Assembly (NCBI GenBank): GCA_035510315.1
Contig: DATKHH010000003.1
Coordinates: 1 to 42,145, forward strand
From: Candidatus Saccharimonadia bacterium
Lineage (GTDB): Bacteria; Patescibacteriota; Saccharimonadia; Saccharimonadales; DATKHC01
DNA length: 42,145 bases
Direction: 5' to 3'
Within the stretch, counting starts at the first letter, position 1. Every line of letters starts with the position of its first letter. Both the position numbers and the translations under genes were made by a program. Of this stretch, positions 7,652 to 17,564 are shown piece after piece. Under the pieces are notes generated by a model that made no database searches, was not told the DNA's origin, and saw only the letters and a program-made list of their open reading frames with translations.

Positions 7652-8449
7652 TTGGAAGGATTAGATAAGATTAGAAGTAGCGTAGTGCAAGCTGAAGAAA
7701 GAGTGGATTTGGCTCAACAGGGAGCAAGCACAGAACGAGCTAATTTAGCCGATTTATTGAAGGAAAAACAAGCACTAATAGTCGCGGGAGAAGATTCAAC
7801 TGGAGATGAGCTTCAGGACGGTCTTATTGCAACTTATGGTAGTTTACTAGGATCAGCTGATACAACAATCATCGATAATTATAATAAAGTAGCAAGTGAA
7901 CTCGAAGGCAAAGAAGACCAACCAGTAGTTGTTATACATAACTGGGAAGAGTCGCTAGGTTGTACCGGTTTTGGAGACGAACCGCAATATCAAACTCAGT
8001 CTCTTACGATTCTTGGTATATTGAATGGTTCTAAGTTGGTGTTTGACTACAGTGAGAAATCCTGCTCCCTACCTACTGAAAAATATGCGTTGTCTACAAG
8101 GGGGTCATTTAGTGACGAATTTGAGATCGTTGATGGTAATGTAGTGGTTGCTAATGTAAATCAATACTTTAGAGGAAGAATGGGTTTTGATTTGGGTACA
8201 GATTTAGGTGTAATGTTTGAAGTTAGGGGAACATTTTCAAGGGTTTTAGAAAAGCATGTACCATCTTTGATTGTTGCCATAGGTCATCAAGGCGTTGAAA
8301 GTTTGTTATCAACAGAGGACACATTTACTAGGTATCAATTCCTTGAAATTAGATCTCTGTGTGAGGCTTTGGGTATAGAGAAAATTGATCCTGCTACCGA
8401 ATCACAGAGACTATACCTTGATAGCATGGAAGAAATAAGTGGCAGCTAA
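7652..8449 (+). CDS. Hypothetical protein, 265 aa: N-terminal charged, heptad-looking stretch followed by an uncharacterised globular domain
   Basis: TTG start with a strong SD 6 nt upstream. I recognise no motif. Confidence 0.65.
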   Translation: MEGLDKIRSSVVQAEERVDLAQQGASTERANLADLLKEKQALIVAGEDSTGDELQDGLIATYGSLLGSADTTIIDNYNKVASELEGKEDQPVVVIHNWEESLGCTGFGDEPQYQTQSLTILGILNGSKLVFDYSEKSCSLPTEKYALSTRGSFSDEFEIVDGNVVVANVNQYFRGRMGFDLGTDLGVMFEVRGTFSRVLEKHVPSLIVAIGHQGVESLLSTEDTFTRYQFLEIRSLCEALGIEKIDPATESQRLYLDSMEEISGS

Positions 8450-8486
8450 AATCTATAATTTACACTAGTAGATTGTAGGCTAAGAG

Positions 8487-8495
8487 TGCTATAAT
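8487..8495 (+). promoter_or_regulatory. Extended -10 promoter element TGcTATAAT for lemA-htpX
   Basis: tgctataat lies at 8487-8495. SD aggag at 8511-8515 and the ATG at 8522 follow. Confidence 0.5.
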
Positions 8496-8521
8496 TAGGT
8501 TATAAAACTTAGGAGAAAATA

Positions 8522-9103
8522 ATGGATTTATTGTATGTTTTGATCGCTGTGGTAGTTGTCGCTGGCGTCATTGCTATGGCTATGTATAACGGCCTAGTAA
8601 GACTAAATGTTCGCTCAGATGAAGCTTGGAGCGATATAACAGTTCAGCTAAAAAGACGATACGACCTTATACCAAATCTTGTAAAGACGGTTCAAGGTTA
8701 TGCAAGTCATGAAAAAACAGTTTTTGAGAAAGTAACCGAAACTAGAGCTAATGCACTGGGTGCTAAGACTGTAGAAGATACTGCTAAGGCTGAAAATCAG
8801 ATACAAACCGCACTTAAGAGTCTTTTTGCGGTATCTGAAAATTATCCAGATTTGAAGGCTAACCAAGGTTTCTTGGATCTACAAGGCCAACTAGAAGATA
8901 CTGAGGATAAAATTCAGGCTTCAAGAAGATTTTATAATGGTGTAGTTCGTGATTTTAATACCAAAAGAAAAGTATTTCCAACTAAGGTTTTTGCTAAGAT
9001 GTTAGGCTTTAAAGTTGATAAGCCATTTTTCGAACTTGATGAAGCTGAGACAAAAGAAGTTAGTGAACCCGTAGAAGTAAGCTTCCCTCAAACGGACAAG
9101 TAA
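8522..9103 (+). CDS. lemA: LemA family protein
   Basis: N-terminal TM segment followed by YNGLVRL...EAWSDI...LKRRYDLIPNLV...E..VFE.V...R and SENYPDLKAN...L, typical of LemA. Confidence 0.85.
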   Translation: MDLLYVLIAVVVVAGVIAMAMYNGLVRLNVRSDEAWSDITVQLKRRYDLIPNLVKTVQGYASHEKTVFEKVTETRANALGAKTVEDTAKAENQIQTALKSLFAVSENYPDLKANQGFLDLQGQLEDTEDKIQASRRFYNGVVRDFNTKRKVFPTKVFAKMLGFKVDKPFFELDEAETKEVSEPVEVSFPQTDK

Positions 9104-9128
9104 TCTTTTAAATAAAGTGAGTTTATAA

Positions 9129-10017
9129 GTGTATAGCCAAATAGCTTCTAATAAGAGAAAAACCTATTTCATGATGTTTCTATTTATTATTTTGATAGGT
9201 TTAATTGGTTACGTATTTGCTTATATTTACAAAAGTCCGGATCTACTAATAGTCATTGCCATCAGCGCAGTTGTTTATGCAATCATAAGTTATTACGTTG
9301 GCTCTCGCCTTTCTTTGGCTGTGAATAGTGCCAAAGAAATTAAAAAATCAGATAATCCCAGACTTTGGAGAATAATAGAAAATCTTAGTATTACTGATGG
9401 ACTTCCAATGCCAAGGGTATTTATTATAGATGATCCGTCTCCTAACGCTTTTGCGACTGGTAGAACACCAGATAAAGCAGCAGTTTGTGCTACATCTGGA
9501 CTACTTGAAATTATGGATGATAATGAGTTGCAAGGTGTATTTGCCCACGAAATGGGACACGTTAAAAACTATGACATTCGAGTGGCAATGATAGCCTTCG
9601 CGCTGACAGCAGTGATTAGTATTTTGGCTGATGTAATGATTAGACTGGCATTCTTTGGTGAACTTGGAGGTAGGAGGGGTAATGGTGGTAACAATGAAGG
9701 AAATCAAGTATTTTTAATTCTTGGTATTATTGCAGCAATACTCGCGCCAATTATTGCAACTATGATTTCACTGGCTGTTTCGAGGAAAAGAGAATACCTA
9801 GCAGACGCAACTGGTGCTATGACTACTCGCTATCCCGAAGGGCTGATTAGTGCACTCCAAAAGATAGAGAGAACAGGCTCAGTTTTAAAAAAACAAAATA
9901 CTGCAACAGCTCATTTTTTCTTTGCAAATCCACTTAAAGCCCACTCTATAACTAATCTATTTAGTACTCACCCACCAATCGATAAGAGGATACAAAGATT
10001 ACGGGATATGGGTAGTC

Positions 10018-10025
<8 letters not shown>
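9129..10025 (+). CDS. htpX: M48-family zinc metalloprotease HtpX
   Basis: HEMGHV zinc motif, four TM segments, PNAFATG, REYLAD and a C-terminal STHPPIDKRI. The GTG start preserves the HtpX-like N-terminus N.RKT. Confidence 0.9.
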
Positions 10026-12956
<2,931 letters not shown>

Positions 12957-13061
12957 CGTTTATGGTTTATTCTAAGTAGTGTTAGTCGTGCGCAAACAGC
13001 GGTACATCAAACAAAAACATTAAAACAAAAATGTAGTGCCGCCGGGTGGGCGCGCATGAAG

Positions 13062-13103
13062 AAGATAAGTCCAAGGATTAACCAAGGACTTATCTTTTAT
13101 TTC
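13062..13103 (+). terminator. Rho-independent terminator hairpin, possibly bidirectional
   Basis: An 11-bp stem, aagataagtcc (13062-13072) with ggacttatctt (13086-13096), encloses a 13-nt loop and is followed by ttttatttc. Confidence 0.6.
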
Positions 13104-13111
13104 TGAAGAGA

Positions 13112-13188
13112 TGGTGGAGTATAGGAGACTCGGACTCCTGACCTCTTGCCTGCCAGGCAAGCGCTCTAACCAGCTGAGCTAATACCCC
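13112..13188 (-). tRNA. tRNA-Ala (anticodon GGC), 77 nt, with CCA encoded
   Basis: Hand-folded cloverleaf: acceptor GGGGTAT/ATACTCC with the G3:U70 alanine identity pair, D arm GCTC-AGCTGGTTA-GAGC, anticodon arm CTTGC-CTGGCAG-GCAAG, T arm AGGAG-TCCGAGT-CTCCT, then ACCA. The T-loop has C rather than U at position 55. Confidence 0.9.
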
Positions 13189-13227
13189 CAGGGTGTGCAT
13201 ACTTTAGTGACGCTTTTGGCCAGCTAA

Positions 13228-14151
13228 TTGCTACAATTAATACTAAGATACTTTATGAATAGTTCAAAGAAACAACCTAGTGATTTTAGTGGTAATGGTT
13301 ATAGGTTGATAGCAACAATCCTTTTAATCTTGTTTATACTATTTGGATATCATTTGTATGAGTCAAATTATGGTAATCCTAAAACTGTTTTTTACGGAAT
13401 GCTTTTAAATAACCTAAGTACATCTAGTTTTGGTGAAACAGTGGTTTCGCCACAACCAAACGGTTATACAGCGCAGTACTCACAAATTAACACAGGATCA
13501 CAGAATATTGTTATGTCTAAAGAAGTTCAAGATGAAGTTGTAAGTGCAAAGCCAAATCGGATAGTGACTTTAAGTATTGGCACTCCATCTACAGATTATT
13601 CGAGCTATTTAAGCGTGCAAACAAGCCAGAAAATCAGCTCAAGTTATAAAAAGATTATTGGCATTTGGGGTAGGAATTCTCCAAACGGAATGAGTGGTCA
13701 AGGGGGTCAACTGTTTCAAGCATCACTTTTAAATCCATTCTTATTTGCCTCTGGCTCGACAAGACTTACCAATAGACTTATGGATTTTATAAGAGTAAAC
13801 AAAGTTTACACAATCCTGCTACAAAAAAGAGCTACTTATAAATCTAGACCAGTTATTAGTTATAAGTTAGGTATAAATTTAAAACAATTTTCAAAGTTGC
13901 TGAATATGTACTCAGAGGGCATAGGTTACAAAAACTCAGCAACCACTACTAATTATAGTAATAATGCCTCAACAGAAGTTAATGCCATGGTTGATGTATT
14001 ATCAAAAGACTTAATTTCTATTAACTTTGTTGGTAGCAGTGTTACTCAGTGGTATTCGTCGTATGGTATAAGACAATCCATAAATATCCCAAGCCACTGG
14101 ATACCACTTCAGCAATTAAAGAATAAAATCATCACATTAGCTAACACCTAG
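13228..14151 (+). CDS. Membrane-anchored secreted protein, about 300 aa, unknown function
   Basis: One N-terminal TM segment (YRLIATILLILFILFGY) followed by an S/T/Q-rich ectodomain. The start is ambiguous: TTG at 13228 or ATG at 13255. Confidence 0.65.
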   Translation: MLQLILRYFMNSSKKQPSDFSGNGYRLIATILLILFILFGYHLYESNYGNPKTVFYGMLLNNLSTSSFGETVVSPQPNGYTAQYSQINTGSQNIVMSKEVQDEVVSAKPNRIVTLSIGTPSTDYSSYLSVQTSQKISSSYKKIIGIWGRNSPNGMSGQGGQLFQASLLNPFLFASGSTRLTNRLMDFIRVNKVYTILLQKRATYKSRPVISYKLGINLKQFSKLLNMYSEGIGYKNSATTTNYSNNASTEVNAMVDVLSKDLISINFVGSSVTQWYSSYGIRQSINIPSHWIPLQQLKNKIITLANT

Positions 14152-14164
14152 GGTTTAAAAAAGC

Positions 14165-14170
14165 TATAAT
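14165..14170 (+). promoter_or_regulatory. -10 element TATAAT placed for a leaderless transcript of the hydrolase gene
   Basis: Exactly 6 nt lie between the hexamer and the A of the ATG at 14177. No SD is present. Confidence 0.4.
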
Positions 14171-14176
14171 ATTCTT

Positions 14177-14926
14177 ATGCAAATAATTGTTGATGATATG
14201 TCTGTGAACTATCAGATCAAGGGTGAGGGAAGAGTTATAGTTTTGATTCATGGTTGGGGTGTCAGTAGCGAGAACTTAAATGTTTTAAGTACTAACTTGG
14301 CTCGCGATTACCAGGTTGTTAGTCTCGATTTACCTGGATTTGGACTATCTACTATGCCATCAGGTGTATGGGGGCTCAATGATTATGCCAAGTTTCTAAA
14401 GGCCTTTATTTCTAAACTTGAACTTAGTGTTTATAGCTTTGTTGGTCACTCAAACGGCGGATCTATACTAATCTATGCAGTTGCCAGTAGCTATTTAACT
14501 TGCAAGAAACTCGTTTTGCTAGGTTCAGCAGGAATTAGAAATACTCAAAAATTTAGAAGAAGAGCACTATATGTAACGGCCAAAGTAGGTAAATTACCAC
14601 TAATGCTAATGCCGTCTAGAGCCAGTAAATCACTAAAAACTAATTTTCATAAAATAATTGGTTCTGATGTTGATGTGACGCCAGAGATGATTGAGTCATA
14701 TAAAAAAATAGTTAGGCATGACCTAAGCGGAGAGGCTAGTAAAATACAGACCCCTACTCTTCTTATATATGGTAGTAATGATAAAGATACGCCACCAGCA
14801 TTTGGAGAGAAGTATCACAATTTACTAAAGACAAGTGAACTTAAAATAGTCAATAATGCTGGGCATTTTGTTTTTATAGATCAGCCAGCGATTACACTTG
14901 AACTCATAAGGACTTTTTTAAAATGA
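14177..14926 (+). CDS. Alpha/beta-fold hydrolase
   Basis: HGWG oxyanion region and the nucleophile elbow GHSNGG (GxSxG). Late D (GSNDKD) and H (AGHFVF) residues are consistent with a catalytic triad. Confidence 0.8.
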   Translation: MQIIVDDMSVNYQIKGEGRVIVLIHGWGVSSENLNVLSTNLARDYQVVSLDLPGFGLSTMPSGVWGLNDYAKFLKAFISKLELSVYSFVGHSNGGSILIYAVASSYLTCKKLVLLGSAGIRNTQKFRRRALYVTAKVGKLPLMLMPSRASKSLKTNFHKIIGSDVDVTPEMIESYKKIVRHDLSGEASKIQTPTLLIYGSNDKDTPPAFGEKYHNLLKTSELKIVNNAGHFVFIDQPAITLELIRTFLK

Positions 14927-16365
14927 TCCGCAGATTTTTTAGTATCTACTCGCCAAAGTTAAGCTCAAACATTATTTATATGTTGCAAAGATGTGAGTAC
15001 GAAGTAAAACCATACTTTGCTTGGTTAGTTAAAACAACAGATTATGGCAATATTACAAAAAGGGGCGACTTAGTTAAAACAAGTAAGGCTGTAGGTCTAC
15101 TTACTTTGCTTCGCTGTGGCATTAGCTTTCAATTAGCTATAGGAATTTATTTCTTATTTTATGCTATAGATTATAAAAGTTTTGGATACTTAGGTATTGG
15201 GCTAGCACTATTTTTAACGTATCCACTAATTTGGGCTGTTTTAATTACCTGGCCACTGCTTCTTGCCAGGTGGTTTATAGTTAGACCAAAAGAAGCTCTA
15301 TTAGTTTCAAGATCCAAACAAATCTTTGCAAGTTATAAGGGTAAGAAGATTGCTGTTGCTGGTAGCTATGGTAAAACTACTATGAAGGAATTACTAGCTA
15401 CGGTATTATCTGAAGCTGGACAAGTTGCTGCTACGCCAGGCAATAAAAATGTTGCTTCGTCACACGCTGTTTTTGCTCAAAAACTATCAGGTAAAGAAAA
15501 ATTTGTAATAGTTGAATTTGGAGAGGGTAAGTCTGGTGACATTAAAAAGTTTGCTTCTACTATAAAACCCGATGTTGGGGTTATAACTGGGATTGCACCG
15601 GCTCATCTTAATAAGTATGCAGATTTAAAAGCTGCTGCAACTGACATTTTCTGTCTCTCAGACTTTGTTGATCACTCTCAGTTATATGTTAATGGTGAAT
15701 CGGAAGATATCGGAAATTATATTGACCCAAAAGATCAAGTATATACGGCCGAAGGCATTTCTAATTGGCAGGTCAGTAGCGTTATTTCAAACTTTGATGG
15801 AATAGCCTTCAAACTTACCAATAAAAAAGACGACAAGCAGGTAATCAACATAAAGAGTTGCCTTCTTGGTCGTCATCAAATAGGCCCACTGTCGGCTGTT
15901 GCAGTTATTGCGTTTAATAATGGTTGTAGTATTAATCAAATTGAAAAAGGGTTTTTAAAGACTAAGCCATTCGAACATCGGATGGAGCTTAGACAAATTG
16001 GCTTAGCTCAGGTTATTGATGATACTTATAATGGTAATATTGAGGGTATTGCCGCCGGACTGAACTTACTAAGTGAATTACCAGCAAATCGAAAAATATA
16101 TGTTACTCCGGGATTAGTTGATCAAGGTATTGAGACGGAGCGGGTGCATATCAAGATGGGTAGTCTAATATCAGAAGCTAATCCAGATAAAGTGGTACTC
16201 ATGAAAAATTCGGTAACAGATTATATCATCAAGGGATTAGGGGATTATAAGGGCCAGATGGAGATAATAGACGATCCACTGCACTATTACCAAAATATAG
16301 ATAAAACTTTGGCAAAAGGTGATTTGCTATTGATGCAAAATGACTGGCCAGATAATTATAAATAG
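14923..16365 (+). CDS. Mur ligase family protein (MurF-like) with an N-terminal transmembrane region
   Basis: P-loop VAGSYGKTTMKE and the central and C-terminal Mur ligase layout (DDTYNGN). The first ~120 aa contain 2-3 hydrophobic helices instead of the usual soluble N-domain. ATGA overlap with the upstream gene; ddl follows directly. Confidence 0.75.
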   Translation: MIRRFFSIYSPKLSSNIIYMLQRCEYEVKPYFAWLVKTTDYGNITKRGDLVKTSKAVGLLTLLRCGISFQLAIGIYFLFYAIDYKSFGYLGIGLALFLTYPLIWAVLITWPLLLARWFIVRPKEALLVSRSKQIFASYKGKKIAVAGSYGKTTMKELLATVLSEAGQVAATPGNKNVASSHAVFAQKLSGKEKFVIVEFGEGKSGDIKKFASTIKPDVGVITGIAPAHLNKYADLKAAATDIFCLSDFVDHSQLYVNGESEDIGNYIDPKDQVYTAEGISNWQVSSVISNFDGIAFKLTNKKDDKQVINIKSCLLGRHQIGPLSAVAVIAFNNGCSINQIEKGFLKTKPFEHRMELRQIGLAQVIDDTYNGNIEGIAAGLNLLSELPANRKIYVTPGLVDQGIETERVHIKMGSLISEANPDKVVLMKNSVTDYIIKGLGDYKGQMEIIDDPLHYYQNIDKTLAKGDLLLMQNDWPDNYK

Positions 16366-16374
16366 GCTTATTTT

Positions 16375-16383
16375 TGCTATAAT
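16375..16383 (+). promoter_or_regulatory. Extended -10 element TGcTATAAT just upstream of ddl
   Basis: 9 nt lie between the hexamer and the ATG at 16393. No SD is present, which implies a 2-3 nt leader. Confidence 0.4.
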
Positions 16384-16392
16384 TAATCTGTA

Positions 16393-17547
16393 ATGACTAA
16401 ACAAAATATAGCTGTAATCTTTGGTTCTAGATCAGCCGAACATGACGTATCAATAATTACTGCTATCTCGTCAATAATTGAATCTCTTGAGGTGGTAAGT
16501 AGGTATAACGTTATTCCGATCTATATAGACAAAAAAGGAGCTTGGTATTCACACTCAGGGCTAAAAGACATCTCTCTTTTTAGCAGTGGTAAACTTGATG
16601 ATTTTATTTTGAAACTAAAACCTATAAGTGTCTCTTTTAATGGTTCAATGAATATTGTCTTTCAAGGCCTTAAGGCTAAAAAAGTTGTGATTGATGTAGC
16701 CTTCCCAGCAACACATGGAACTTATGGTGAGGATGGATCACTTATGGGACTGCTCGAAATGGCTAATGTAGCTTACGTTGGTTGTGATTTGCCCTCAAGT
16801 GTCATTGCAATGGATAAGGTTCTTTCTAAAATCGTTACTACGTCTGCCAAGATTCCATCAAATCAGTTTGTATGGTTTTATAGGGATGAATTTTTAAATA
16901 ATAAACAAGATGTTATTAAGAAAATAGGTAGTTTAAAGTTTCCTTTATTTGTAAAGCCAGCACACCTTGGCTCATCTATTGCAATATCAAGGGTATCCAG
17001 TGACAAGGAGCTTATTAACGCTATTGAAGTCGCTATGTTTTATGACAATAAAATTATAGTTGAAGAAGAGGTAGCAAATTTAGTGGAGGTTACTGTGCCA
17101 CTTATGGGAAATGACAAAATTGTTGCTGCCAATACTGAGGAGCCGAATCAAGGTGATCGTTTCTTTGATTTTGACACGAAATACTTAAATCAGGGTAAAT
17201 CCAAAGTAGGCTCTAGTATGAAGGGTTCACAGGGTTATAGTCATATTCCGGCAAGAATCTCTGAAGAAATGCGAAGAAAGGCAGTTACGATTGCTAAAGA
17301 TGCATATAGAGCTATAGGTTGCAAAGGTATAGCCAGAGTCGATCTATTAATTGACAAAAAGACTAACGACATATTTTTTAATGAAGTAAATCCCCTTCCC
17401 GGTAGCTTATACGCACATAACTGGAATAGTGTAGGTATATCAAAGGTTGATTTAGTAGAAAAATTAATAGATCTAGCGAAAGAAAATTTTAAAGTTAAGC
17501 AAAAAGTTCATACAACATTTAGTTCCAAGTTCCTTCAGCAGTTTTAG
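16393..17547 (+). CDS. ddl: D-alanine--D-alanine ligase
   Basis: IAVIFGSRSAEHDVS N-terminus, HG.YGEDGS.QG, an ATP-grasp core and EVN..PG near the C-terminus. Confidence 0.9.
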   Translation: MTKQNIAVIFGSRSAEHDVSIITAISSIIESLEVVSRYNVIPIYIDKKGAWYSHSGLKDISLFSSGKLDDFILKLKPISVSFNGSMNIVFQGLKAKKVVIDVAFPATHGTYGEDGSLMGLLEMANVAYVGCDLPSSVIAMDKVLSKIVTTSAKIPSNQFVWFYRDEFLNNKQDVIKKIGSLKFPLFVKPAHLGSSIAISRVSSDKELINAIEVAMFYDNKIIVEEEVANLVEVTVPLMGNDKIVAANTEEPNQGDRFFDFDTKYLNQGKSKVGSSMKGSQGYSHIPARISEEMRRKAVTIAKDAYRAIGCKGIARVDLLIDKKTNDIFFNEVNPLPGSLYAHNWNSVGISKVDLVEKLIDLAKENFKVKQKVHTTFSSKFLQQF

Positions 17548-17564
17548 TATATAATCTTAAGTTT

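Noticed and set aside
12988-13100. The GC-rich element considered as SRP (4.5S) RNA
   Set aside because: The local string gtgccgccggg loosely recalls 4.5S RNA. However, the conserved domain IV features (a GNRA tetraloop with flanking AGCA and GGAA-type symmetric-loop motifs) are absent.
13056-13106. 16-codon ORF MKKISPRINQGLIFYF
   Set aside because: It coincides with the terminator hairpin, has no RBS, and is too short and unsupported.
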